Positions 27,236 to 36,161 of a stretch of DNA of 64,000 bases are shown here, one piece after another. Made by a program: the position numbers and the translations under genes. This DNA is from Acutalibacteraceae bacterium (GTDB lineage Bacteria; Bacillota; Clostridia; Christensenellales; CAG-138), in assembly GCA_963640685.1 (NCBI GenBank), contig CAVIAA010000001.1, positions 66,395 through 130,394 on the forward strand. Direction: 5' to 3'. Numbering within the stretch: position 1 is the stretch's first letter; the number at the start of each line of letters is the position of its first letter. Under the pieces are notes generated by a model. That model was not told the origin of the DNA and made no database searches. It saw nothing but the letters and a program-made list of their open reading frames with translations.

Positions 27236-27264
27236 TTGCGTATCTCATTTAGTGCTGATAAAAT
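27236..27264 (+). promoter_or_regulatory. Sigma-A promoter upstream of engB
   Basis: It reads TTGCGT-17 nt-(TGa)TAAAAT. Confidence 0.6.
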
Positions 27265-27297
27265 CCTATATGCAAAAAGATAGGAAGAGGTGCCGGC

Positions 27298-27921
27298 GTG
27301 GATTTTACAATAAAACAGGCGGAATTTGTTACCAGCGCAGGGCTGGGCAGCCCATACCCCGAAAGGGCTGCGGCGGAGATAGCCATCGTGGGCAAGTCCA
27401 ACGTTGGCAAATCCAGCCTCATAAACTCGCTCTGCAACAACAAAAAGCTGGCAAAGACCTCTGCAAACCCGGGCAAAACGCGGCTGATCAACTTTTTCAG
27501 GATAAACAGGGAGTTTTATTTCGTAGATCTGCCGGGCTATGGCTTTGCGAAGGCGCCTAAAACGGAAAAAGAAAAGTGGGGCAAGCTCATGGAGGATTAT
27601 CTTTCCTCCGGCCGGGTGGATCATATATTCATGCTGATCGATATACGGCACGAGCCAACCGGGGACGACAAGCTCATGCTGCAGTGGATAATATACTACA
27701 ACCTGCCCTTTACGCTGATAGCTACAAAAGCGGATAAGCTGGCCAAGAGCAAGCGCGCGCAGGCTGCAAACACGGCGGCAAAGCTGCTCGGCGCACCGCC
27801 CGCCGCGATAGCGTACTCATCGGAGGACGGATGGGGCAAGGAGGAGATTCTGCGGCGCATGGGTCAGGTGGTGGAGGATCTTAAAAACCTGAGAAGCGGT
27901 ATTGACATAGCGCAGGAGTAA
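27298..27921 (+). CDS. engB: Ribosome biogenesis GTPase YsxC/EngB
   Basis: It has G1 GKSNVGKSS, DLPGYG and TKADK motifs. It uses a GTG start. Confidence 0.92.
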   Translation: MDFTIKQAEFVTSAGLGSPYPERAAAEIAIVGKSNVGKSSLINSLCNNKKLAKTSANPGKTRLINFFRINREFYFVDLPGYGFAKAPKTEKEKWGKLMEDYLSSGRVDHIFMLIDIRHEPTGDDKLMLQWIIYYNLPFTLIATKADKLAKSKRAQAANTAAKLLGAPPAAIAYSSEDGWGKEEILRRMGQVVEDLKNLRSGIDIAQE

Positions 27922-28003
27922 CAGCATAATAGTAAATTAGCTGATAAGAGCGAACTTGTTGATATAAAAATCGGCCGCATCGAAGGCCGCTTGGAGGATT
28001 GTT

Positions 28004-28414
28004 ATGGGTCTTAGAAAGTGCCCGAAATGCGAACTTAATTACATTAAAGACGACGAACAGCTATGCAACGTATGCAGGCGCCACATGAAGGGCGAGGCAG
28101 AGACTGACGATGCGGTTACCATATGCACCGAATGCGGAGAAAATCCCGCCGTGCGCGGCAGCGAGCTTTGCGCAGTGTGCCTGAGGGAGGCGCGCAGGCA
28201 GGAAAACCTTGAAAAACTGGCGGACGATATGACCGGCACCTCCGTGGTGGGCGATATGGATGATATAGATGATATGGAAGTACCCATGGACGATGACGAT
28301 ATACCCGAGATAGAGCTTGAGGAGATCGACAGGGAGCTTGGCGGAGACTCCGACTTGGATGACGACGCTATGGATGAGGACGAGGAAGAGGAGGACGGAG
28401 AGAAAGAGGAGTAA
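28004..28414 (+). CDS. Double zinc-ribbon protein with ~70-aa polyacidic C-terminal tail (function unknown)
   Basis: It has four CxxC pairs (CPKC, CNVC, CTEC, CAVC), then a tail dominated by D/E (…MDDDDIPEIELEEID…DEDEEEEDGEKEE). It has a strong GGAGG RBS. Confidence 0.8.
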   Translation: MGLRKCPKCELNYIKDDEQLCNVCRRHMKGEAETDDAVTICTECGENPAVRGSELCAVCLREARRQENLEKLADDMTGTSVVGDMDDIDDMEVPMDDDDIPEIELEEIDRELGGDSDLDDDAMDEDEEEEDGEKEE

Positions 28415-28447
28415 ACGACTCTTTCACTGCCGCTAACGGAGCGATGA

Positions 28448-29140
28448 ATGAAGCTGTTCGCAATAGGTGATTTGCATCTGTCTAACAGCACGAACAAGCC
28501 CATGAGCGTGTTCGGGCCGAATTGGGATAACCATGCCGAGAGGATAAAAGAAGCGTGGATGGAGAGCGTATCCGATGAGGATGCGGTGCTGATACCGGGC
28601 GATATAAGCTGGGCCATGCAGCTTGACGAGGCAAGGCCGGATATAGATTACATCGCGGTGCTGCCGGGCAAAAAGATAATAATGCGCGGCAACCATGACT
28701 ACTGGTGGAACTCCCTGTCAAAGGTCAGGGATATGCTGCCAAAGGGGATATATGCCCTGCAAAACGACTCGCTCGAGATAGGGAATGCTGTCATAACCGG
28801 GTCGCGGGGCTGGGTCTGCCCTGGCAGCTCTGGCTTTGTTCCGGAGACGGATCAAAAAATATACGACAGAGAAGTTATAAGACTGGGATTATCTCTTTCC
28901 AGCGCCCGCGCGGGGAGCAGAATAATATCCATGCTGCACTATCCGCCGTTCAACGAAAAGCGTATGCCGAGCGGCTTTACGGATATGTTCGAAAAATATG
29001 GCGTGGAGCGGGTGATATACGGCCACCTTCACGGAAAGTCCTGCCGCGGCGCATTTGAGGGGGAGCGCAACGGCATAGAATACACCCTCTGCTCGGCAGA
29101 CCATCTGGGCTTTGCGCCCAAGCTCATAACCGAAATATAG
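28448..29140 (+). CDS. Metallophosphoesterase (calcineurin-like)
   Basis: It has the motifs GDLH, PGDISW, GNHDYWW and GHLHG. Confidence 0.88.
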   Translation: MKLFAIGDLHLSNSTNKPMSVFGPNWDNHAERIKEAWMESVSDEDAVLIPGDISWAMQLDEARPDIDYIAVLPGKKIIMRGNHDYWWNSLSKVRDMLPKGIYALQNDSLEIGNAVITGSRGWVCPGSSGFVPETDQKIYDREVIRLGLSLSSARAGSRIISMLHYPPFNEKRMPSGFTDMFEKYGVERVIYGHLHGKSCRGAFEGERNGIEYTLCSADHLGFAPKLITEI

Positions 29141-29161
29141 CAATGCAAATATACAAAGAGA

Positions 29162-29192
29162 AAGCGGTTTGATACCGCTTCTTTTGTTTTTT
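29162..29192 (+). terminator. Rho-independent terminator
   Basis: The stem AAGCGGT/ACCGCTT is followed by CTTTTGTTTTTT. Confidence 0.85.
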
Positions 29193-29282
29193 GGATGAAT
29201 TTTGGCACCGCTGCGCTTGAAACAGCCTGCGGAACGGAAAAAACATATAGAAAATAAGGTATTTGGCCACCGAAAGAACATT

Positions 29283-29327
29283 AAAGTGGTTTAAAGTGTT
29301 GCAAAGTGGTGTCAGTGTTGTTATAAT
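29283..29327 (+). promoter_or_regulatory. dcw promoter with direct AAAGTG[G/T] repeats (MraZ-box-like) and TATAAT -10
   Basis: AAAGTGG lies at 29283, AAAGTGT at 29293, AAAGTGG at 29303 and cAGTGTT at 29313, giving a 10-bp period. TATAAT follows at 29322..29327. Confidence 0.65.
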
Positions 29328-29377
29328 ACAATCAACTCAATATCTGTGGCGGTATATATTGAGAGGAGGCATCCGCG

Positions 29378-29836
29378 TTGCTGATAAGCTCTTTCGGACA
29401 TAGCGTGGACGCCAAAGGCAGGGTGTTCATACCCTCCAGATGGCGCGACGATCTCGGAGACACCGTCATCATTACCCGCGATATGATGGGTAATGCTGAC
29501 ATGAGGTGTCTTTACGGTATGCCCGTGGAGCTGTGGAACGATATGCTGGAGCGGTTCAAAAAGGTCGCCGTGTCGGATGTAAAGGCGCAGAATGCGATGC
29601 GCCGGCTCTTTGCCAACGCTGCCGAGTGCGAGCTGGACAAGCAGGGGAGGATACTGCTGCCGGCAAACCTTCGAGAATATGCAAGCATTACCACCGATGC
29701 CATGTTGGTAGGCATGGGCAGCCGCATAGAAATATGGGGTGCGGACAAATGGGAGGAGCAGCTTGAAAGGATGGACGGCGCAGAGAACGAAACGGTAGCG
29801 GAATCCCTGAGCTACCTCGCGGGGCTTGGCATATGA
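29378..29836 (+). CDS. mraZ: Transcriptional regulator MraZ
   Basis: It has two SpoVT/AbrB-like halves (DAKGRVFIPSRWR; DKQGRILLPANLR). It uses a TTG start 8 nt after AGGAGG and is the first gene of the dcw cluster. Confidence 0.92.
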   Translation: MLISSFGHSVDAKGRVFIPSRWRDDLGDTVIITRDMMGNADMRCLYGMPVELWNDMLERFKKVAVSDVKAQNAMRRLFANAAECELDKQGRILLPANLREYASITTDAMLVGMGSRIEIWGADKWEEQLERMDGAENETVAESLSYLAGLGI

Positions 29837-30768
29837 CGGAGTTTCACCATGTACCCATAATGCTTGGCGATGTGATGGAGCTGCTAAGGCCGGAGCGGGG
29901 AGGCATATTTGTAGACGGTACGCTGGGCGGCGGAGGGCACTCCGAGGGGATACTCAAAAGGCTGGGCGATGGCAAACTGTACGGCATAGACCGTGACGGC
30001 GAGGCGATAGCCGCCGCAAGCAAAAGACTCAAGCCGTTTGGGGATAAGTTTGAAGCCATTCGCGGCAACTTCTTTGATATGCAGGAGCTGCTTGGCAGCG
30101 TGGGAGTCACCAGGGTAGACGGCATACTGCTGGATCTTGGAGTTTCATCCTATCAGCTGGATGCGCCGCAGAGGGGCTTTTCCTACCACGAGGAGGCGCC
30201 GCTGGATATGAGGATGGACGACAGGGCAAACCTTACGGCATATGACGTAGTGAACGGATACAGCCACGATGAGCTCACGAGGATAATACGGGATTACGGC
30301 GAGGAACGCTACGCTGCCCGCGTGGCCTCGGCAATAGTTCGCGAGAGGGAAAAGCAGCCCATAAAAACCACGACCGAGCTTGCGGATATAATCAAATACG
30401 CCATACCTGCAGCCAACCGAAGAGAGGGACCGCACCCCGCGAGAAGGACGTTTCAGGCAATACGGATAGAAGTAAACGGAGAGCTTGAGGAATTGGGCGC
30501 GGCGATTCAGCGGGCGCACGACATGCTTGCACCGGGAGGGGTGCTGGCGGTGATAACCTTTCACTCGCTGGAGGATAGGATAGTAAAGCAGACGTTTAGA
30601 ACATTTGAGCATCCCTGCGTATGCGACCCAAAGGCGCCGATATGCACCTGCGGCAGGGTGCCTACGGCAAGGGTGCTTACAAAAAAACCGATAGTGCCCG
30701 GAGAAGAGGAGCTGGAGAGCAACCCAAGGTCGAGGAGCAGCAAGCTAAGGGCAATAGAAAAGCTTTAG
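29833..30768 (+). CDS. rsmH: 16S rRNA (cytosine1402-N4)-methyltransferase RsmH
   Basis: It reads HVPIML...DGTLGGGGHS...DLGVSSYQLD...FHSLEDR. Its ATGA start overlaps mraZ. Confidence 0.95.
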   Translation: MTEFHHVPIMLGDVMELLRPERGGIFVDGTLGGGGHSEGILKRLGDGKLYGIDRDGEAIAAASKRLKPFGDKFEAIRGNFFDMQELLGSVGVTRVDGILLDLGVSSYQLDAPQRGFSYHEEAPLDMRMDDRANLTAYDVVNGYSHDELTRIIRDYGEERYAARVASAIVREREKQPIKTTTELADIIKYAIPAANRREGPHPARRTFQAIRIEVNGELEELGAAIQRAHDMLAPGGVLAVITFHSLEDRIVKQTFRTFEHPCVCDPKAPICTCGRVPTARVLTKKPIVPGEEELESNPRSRSSKLRAIEKL

Positions 30769-30795
30769 AATAACCGAACGGAGCGTTGAATAACA

Positions 30796-31215
30796 ATGGC
30801 AGTAGCGGCAAGAAAACTGGATAACGATTATGTGTACGCCGGTTCGCCTGCAATGCGGGTATATACGCATAGAACTCCAAATGTTGCGGCGCAGCCGGAG
30901 TCTCACGCACAGGCGGCGGCACAGCCGACAGTAAGGCCGAGGTACAGCCTGCTGCAAAAGCTGGCGGTGACCTGCGGCATAATCATGGGAGCCATAGCGA
31001 TACTCGCGATAATGGTGCGCTATGCGACTATAACGGCGCAGTACGCCATAGTAAACGAATATAAGAATACGATCGAGGAAAACGAGAGAACGCTGGATAG
31101 ACTCGAGGTCAAGCTGAATTCTGCTGTAAGCCTCGATGAGGCCAGGGAGGCGGCGCTTGCGGCAGGCCTTGGGTATCCGTCCGCATCGCAGATAGTTCAA
31201 ATAGAGGGCGAATAG
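30796..31215 (+). CDS. ftsL: FtsL-like cell-division protein (single TM plus coiled coil)
   Basis: Its position between rsmH and the class B PBP is conserved. It has one TM helix followed by a heptad-like region. Sequence conservation is weak, as is usual for this family. Confidence 0.7.
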   Translation: MAVAARKLDNDYVYAGSPAMRVYTHRTPNVAAQPESHAQAAAQPTVRPRYSLLQKLAVTCGIIMGAIAILAIMVRYATITAQYAIVNEYKNTIEENERTLDRLEVKLNSAVSLDEAREAALAAGLGYPSASQIVQIEGE

Positions 31216-31258
31216 GCGGGGAGCTTGAGCTCGCCGCAATGGCAATTGGAGGCGGCTG

Positions 31259-33409
31259 ATGGCAGGACCTGCGGTATCCGGCAAAAAAAGGATGTTCATT
31301 ACGCTGATCGGCATAGCAAGCGTATTCACCCTCCTGATAGGCAGGCTGTTCTGGATACAGATAATAGACGGGAAGCGACTTTCCGAAATGGCAAAGGAAC
31401 AGCAGACGCAGGATACGTCGCTGAGCGCCTCGCGTGGCACAATAACGGATGCAAACGGCGTTGTGCTGGCTCAGAGCGGAACGGCATACAAGGTTCTGCT
31501 CAACCCGTATCAGCTTAGCCGCAAGCAGGAGGATATACCGAGGATAGTTCGCGAACTGTCGGAAATATTGGAGATGGACAGCGACTATGTGATGCAGCTT
31601 GCCCAGAAGAAGAACAAAAGCGGCGCGTATTACAAGGAAGTTGTGCTCAAACGGCAGGTCGAGCGGGACGTTGTTGATGAAATAACCTCCAGAATGTTGG
31701 GCAGCGGCGTATATACCGCAATAGATTCAAAGCGGTATTACCCGGAGGGACACCTCTTTTCGCAGCTGCTGGGCTTTACAACTGTGGATGGCACCGGTCA
31801 GGCGGGGCTGGAGCAGAAATACAACAAATACCTTTCCGGCGAAAACGGCAGGATGATAACCGAGACGGACAGAAACCACCAGACGATAGCATACGGCTCA
31901 CAGGAGATACTGGAGCCGGAGGATGGTTACGATATAAAGCTCACCACCGACAGCGTGGTGGAGTCCTTCCTTGAGAAGGCGCTCAAGGAGGCCCTTGAGG
32001 TAAACAAGGCGGAGACGGCTCAGGGCATAATAATGAACTGCAAAACGGGCAAGGTGATAGCGATATCAACGCAGCCCGACTTTGACCCGAATGATCCGCC
32101 GAGAAGCGACGTCGCAACGCTCAACGCCCTTTCGCGCAACCGAATAGTTGCGGATGCTTACGAGCCGGGCTCCACGTTTAAGATAATCACGCTTGCCGCG
32201 GCTCTGGACAGCGGGAAGGTGACAGCGAGCGACGAGTACGACTGCAGCGGCAGCTACACCGTAAACGGTGAAAAAATAAAATGCTGGAAGAGCGGCGGGC
32301 ACGGCCACGAGACCCTAAAGAAGGCCGTACAGAACTCCTGCAACCCGGCGTTCATGAGGATGGCGCTTGCAATGGGCAAGTCCACGTTTTACGATTACAT
32401 CTACGCCTTTGGCTTTGGCTCCTCAACGGGGAGCGGTATAAACGGGGAGACCTCCGGAATAGTCACGCACGAGAAGTACATTACGGACAATACCCTTGCC
32501 CGAATAGGCTTCGGTCAGAGCATAGCTGTGACACCCATTCAGCTTTGCAGCGCGGTTTGCGCGGCGGTCAACGGCGGGCAGCTCATGCAGCCCTATGCCG
32601 TGGACAGCATAGTAAACAAGGACGGCAGGGTGATACTCAAAAACGAGCCCGTTATGATACGGCGGGTGATAAGCGAGAGCACCAGCGCACAGCTAAGAGA
32701 GATACTCGAAAGCGTAGTATCCGAGGGCAGCGGCAAAAACGCCGCCATACCCGGCTACAGGGTCGGAGGAAAGACCGGAACCGCCCAGAAGTACGAAAAC
32801 GGAAAGATAGCCAACGGTAAGCTGATAGCCTCGTTTATAGGCTTTGCCCCTGCTGATGACCCGGAGTTCGTATGCCTTATACTGGTGGATGAGCCGAAGG
32901 TAGGCACTATATTCGGCAGCACGGTCGCAGCGCCTTACGTTAAGCAGGTAATGGAGGAAACGCTCCGCCACTACGGCTACCTGCCCACCGAAAGCGCGGA
33001 TACCGTGACGGTGCCCGACACGGCGGGAATGACTATAACTGAGGCCAAGGCCGCCCTAAAGGAGGCGGGGCTCAACGCGGAATATCAGGATAACGAAGAA
33101 GAAATGGTCACCGCACAGGTGCCGGCTGCAAACGAGCAGGTGCAAAGAAACAGCGACGTGCTGCTGTATACCGCGGTAACGGATGTTGACACGGTTGACG
33201 AAGGGAACGATATTGTAACCGTTCCGAACGTCATAGGAATGAAGCGGCTCGCGGCGAACGACGCCCTCGCCGCAAAGGGACTTGTGATAAGGATCGAACC
33301 CGAGGATCAGACCGGCGTTGCCATAAGACAGGTGCCGTCGGCGGGGGAGGAGGTCTCGGCAGGCACGGAGGTGCTGGTTGAGTTCTCCAATATAGAGATA
33401 TCAAACTGA
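31259..33409 (+). CDS. Class B penicillin-binding protein (FtsI/PBP2B/SpoVD family) with two C-terminal PASTA domains
   Basis: It has an N-terminal TM helix and the transpeptidase motifs STFK, SCN and KTGT, followed by two PASTA-like repeats. Confidence 0.92.
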   Translation: MAGPAVSGKKRMFITLIGIASVFTLLIGRLFWIQIIDGKRLSEMAKEQQTQDTSLSASRGTITDANGVVLAQSGTAYKVLLNPYQLSRKQEDIPRIVRELSEILEMDSDYVMQLAQKKNKSGAYYKEVVLKRQVERDVVDEITSRMLGSGVYTAIDSKRYYPEGHLFSQLLGFTTVDGTGQAGLEQKYNKYLSGENGRMITETDRNHQTIAYGSQEILEPEDGYDIKLTTDSVVESFLEKALKEALEVNKAETAQGIIMNCKTGKVIAISTQPDFDPNDPPRSDVATLNALSRNRIVADAYEPGSTFKIITLAAALDSGKVTASDEYDCSGSYTVNGEKIKCWKSGGHGHETLKKAVQNSCNPAFMRMALAMGKSTFYDYIYAFGFGSSTGSGINGETSGIVTHEKYITDNTLARIGFGQSIAVTPIQLCSAVCAAVNGGQLMQPYAVDSIVNKDGRVILKNEPVMIRRVISESTSAQLREILESVVSEGSGKNAAIPGYRVGGKTGTAQKYENGKIANGKLIASFIGFAPADDPEFVCLILVDEPKVGTIFGSTVAAPYVKQVMEETLRHYGYLPTESADTVTVPDTAGMTITEAKAALKEAGLNAEYQDNEEEMVTAQVPAANEQVQRNSDVLLYTAVTDVDTVDEGNDIVTVPNVIGMKRLAANDALAAKGLVIRIEPEDQTGVAIRQVPSAGEEVSAGTEVLVEFSNIEISN

Positions 33410-33435
33410 GGCGTAAGCCTGACGGAGGTAATACC

Positions 33436-34869
33436 ATGCTTTTGAGCGAACTATCACGCCCGACGCGGCATGAGCTTATCGGCTGCGATACCGAGGTGAA
33501 GGAACTGAGGTACAATTCGAGAAAGGTCGAAAAGGGCGATGTGTTCTGTTGTGTAGTAGGCACCTTTGCAGATGGGCATAAGTACGCTCAGCAGGCCGTT
33601 GACGCCGGAGCCGCCGCGCTGGTGGTCGAGCGCAGGCTGGATATAGATATTCCGCAGGTGCTGGTTGAGGATACCAGGATCGCGATGGCGGAAATGGCTG
33701 CGGCGTATTACGGCTATCCATCGCGGGAAATGCAGATGATAGGCGTTACAGGCACAAACGGCAAGACCAGCACAACGTATATGCTCAAGGCGGTAGCCGA
33801 GCGAATGGGCAAAAAGGTCGGACTCATAGGCACCATACGCAACATGATAGGCGACATAATAATAGATACCGAGCGAACCACGCCGGAAAGCGTCGACCTT
33901 CAGAGGATACTGCGCCAAATGAGGGACGAGGGAGTGGACGTTGCGATAATGGAGGTATCCTCACATTCGCTGGATCAAAAGCGGGTGCACGGCATCGAAT
34001 ATGACGTGGGTGAGTTCACCAACCTGACCGAGGATCACTTGGATTACCACAAGACCTTTGAAAACTACTTTAACGCCAAGAAGCTGCTGTTTAAGCAGAG
34101 CAAGGCTGCCGTAATAAACCGGGATGACCCTTATGCCAAAAGGATGATGGAGGGGCTGGAAATACCCATAATGACCTTCGGCATACGGGAGAAGGCAGAT
34201 GTGATGGCGAGCGAGATAGACATAACGACGCGCGGCGTGCAGTTTGATTTCAACTATAAGAACATCGTATCCCGCTTTAATGTGCCGATCCCCGGCCTGT
34301 TCAGCGTATTTAACGGCATGGGAGCCGCAGCGGTGGCGATAAGCCTCGGCTGGAACCTCGATTCAATAAAGTACGGCCTTGAGCATATGATGAGCGTGAG
34401 CGGCAGGCTGGAGCCGCTGCCAACGGGCAAAAACGAGTTTACCGTTCTATTGGACTACGCACACACGCCGGACGCGCTGGAAAACGTGCTTAAAACGGTA
34501 AAGGGCTTTGCGACCGGCAGGATAGTTACGCTGTTTGGCTGCGGAGGAGACAGAGACCGCGCAAAGCGCCCGATAATGGGCGAGATCGCCGGCAGGTTTT
34601 CGGATTTTGCCATCGTCACCTCGGATAACCCGCGTACGGAGGAGCCTATGGATATAATCAACTCCATAGTTGAGGGCGTGAAAAAATCCGGCTGTGAGTA
34701 TATCGTAATAGAGAACCGCAGGGAAGCGATAGAGTACGCGCTGAAAAACGCCAGAAAGAACGACGTCATAATCCTTGCCGGAAAAGGACACGAGAACTAT
34801 CAGGAGATAAACGGCGGAAAGCACCACTTTGACGAGAAAGAGATAGTGGCGGAGATACTGGGGCTTTAG
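33436..34869 (+). CDS. murE: UDP-N-acetylmuramoyl-L-alanyl-D-glutamate--2,6-diaminopimelate ligase
   Basis: It has the Mur ligase motif GVTGTNGKTS and a DNPR motif, which indicates the meso-DAP type. Confidence 0.92.
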   Translation: MLLSELSRPTRHELIGCDTEVKELRYNSRKVEKGDVFCCVVGTFADGHKYAQQAVDAGAAALVVERRLDIDIPQVLVEDTRIAMAEMAAAYYGYPSREMQMIGVTGTNGKTSTTYMLKAVAERMGKKVGLIGTIRNMIGDIIIDTERTTPESVDLQRILRQMRDEGVDVAIMEVSSHSLDQKRVHGIEYDVGEFTNLTEDHLDYHKTFENYFNAKKLLFKQSKAAVINRDDPYAKRMMEGLEIPIMTFGIREKADVMASEIDITTRGVQFDFNYKNIVSRFNVPIPGLFSVFNGMGAAAVAISLGWNLDSIKYGLEHMMSVSGRLEPLPTGKNEFTVLLDYAHTPDALENVLKTVKGFATGRIVTLFGCGGDRDRAKRPIMGEIAGRFSDFAIVTSDNPRTEEPMDIINSIVEGVKKSGCEYIVIENRREAIEYALKNARKNDVIILAGKGHENYQEINGGKHHFDEKEIVAEILGL

Positions 34870-34896
34870 CCCTGAAAACGGAAGGAAGTTGTGCAA

Positions 34897-35913
34897 ATGA
34901 AGTACGCGATATACGCTCTGCTCTTGAGCGCGGCGGTGACCATGGCGGCAGGCCCGGTTATGATACCACTGCTGCACAAGCTCAAGTTTGGCCAGAGCGA
35001 AAGAAAGCTCGGCCCTCAAACCCACCTAAAAAAGGCGGGGACGCCTACGATGGGCGGCATAACCTTTATAATCGGCATAGTGGCGGCGACGATGGTATTT
35101 GCCTATTCTGCATCCGAGCTGGTTATGCCGGCGCTGCTGATGACGGTGGCGTTTGCCCTTGTCGGCTTCCTCGATGATTTCTTGAAGGTGAAGAAGCACA
35201 ATACGGACGGGCTTAGAGCATATCAAAAGATAATCGCTCAGTTTCTTATAGCGGCGATAATCGCGGTGTACGCGAGGCGCAGCCCGTTTGTCGGATCCAG
35301 CATTTACCTGCCGTTTTCAAAGGCAGAGTGGGATCTCGGCGCGTTCTATGTACCGGCCATGATTTTCGTAATAATCGGCACCGTAAATGCCGTCAACCTT
35401 ACCGACGGGCTGGACGGGCTTGCGAGCGGCGTAAGCCTCGTATACGCCCTTACAATGACTGTGATATTCCTGTATATGGCATCCGTAATGGAAGCCCCTG
35501 TGGATATGGGACAAGCCAAGCAAACGCAATACGCTGCGGAGCTGAAATCAATGGCCGTGTTTGCGGCGGCGGTGGCCGGCGGGTGCTTGGGTTTTTTGAG
35601 GGTAAACAGCTTCCCCGCAAGGGTGTTTATGGGCGATACCGGTTCTCTTGCCTTGGGCGGCGCAATAGCCGCAATGGCGATATTCTCCAGGGCTGTGCTG
35701 CTGCTGCCGATAATGGGCGCCTGCTTTGTTGCGAGCGCCGTGAGCGTTATACTTCAGGTCGGCTCGTTTCAGCTCACCGGAAAACGCATATTCAAGATGG
35801 CTCCGCTGCATCATCACTTTGAGCTGCTGGGCTATTCCGAAACAAAGATAGTTTCCGGCTACATGATAGTTACAACGTTGCTTTGTCTGGTCTGCCTCTT
35901 GGCATTCCAATAA
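34897..35913 (+). CDS. mraY: Phospho-N-acetylmuramoyl-pentapeptide transferase
   Basis: It has KxGTPTMGG, NLTDGLDGLA and MGDTGSLALGG motifs. I prefer the ATG at 34897, 8 nt after GGAAGGAAG. A GTG at 34891 is an alternative. Confidence 0.93.
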   Translation: MKYAIYALLLSAAVTMAAGPVMIPLLHKLKFGQSERKLGPQTHLKKAGTPTMGGITFIIGIVAATMVFAYSASELVMPALLMTVAFALVGFLDDFLKVKKHNTDGLRAYQKIIAQFLIAAIIAVYARRSPFVGSSIYLPFSKAEWDLGAFYVPAMIFVIIGTVNAVNLTDGLDGLASGVSLVYALTMTVIFLYMASVMEAPVDMGQAKQTQYAAELKSMAVFAAAVAGGCLGFLRVNSFPARVFMGDTGSLALGGAIAAMAIFSRAVLLLPIMGACFVASAVSVILQVGSFQLTGKRIFKMAPLHHHFELLGYSETKIVSGYMIVTTLLCLVCLLAFQ

Positions 35914-35995
35914 AGATATTTATTAGTTTTTTTTGCCGCCCGGTGGCAGGGTTCCGTATTTCAGCCGTGATTCTTTGGCGCTTGGCACGGCAGGC

Positions 35996-36102
35996 GGACA
36001 CAGGGCGTTTGAGGCAGGACGTGGCTCATTGCCTCAAACACCCTGACACCTCCGGACGGCCTTTTTTAGCATAAAGCAGTGCGGGCGAGCCGAAAAGGCT
36101 CG
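35996..36102 (+). other. Structured spacer inside the dcw cluster: long hairpin, T6 tract, second hairpin
   Basis: A 16-position stem at 36001..36016/36030..36045 has 15 pairs and 1 mismatch. A T6 run lies at 36062..36067. The CGAGCC-GAAAA-GGCTCG hairpin at 36086..36102 has a duplicated GGCTC, which allows alternative pairing. Confidence 0.6.
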
Positions 36103-36161
36103 GCTCGTGCCAATCGATACAGACAGACGAGAAAAAAACAAAACAAGAGGAGCTGAGCATT

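Noticed and set aside
25005-27248. Very long antisense ORFs. They include the 747-aa ORF opposite lon and similar ones at 7995..9041, 13409..14365, 14362..15561, 21552..22745, 36066..36743, 41119..42531, 42479..43177, 43690..44485, 48864..50174, 52029..53243 and 60577..62310.
   Set aside because: Each lies opposite a gene with unmistakable family motifs, in the codon-aligned antisense register. Their products are low-complexity (R/A/G/H/Y-rich) with no recognisable domains and no RBS. They are explained by the codon bias of the sense genes.
28004-29140. The zinc-ribbon/acidic protein plus metallophosphoesterase as a two-gene defence or toxin-antitoxin system.
   Set aside because: The phosphoesterase looks like the common housekeeping ~230-aa family. 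There are no nuclease, ATPase, RT or other defence hallmark domains. The context is core (engB, dcw). There is no sign of mobility.
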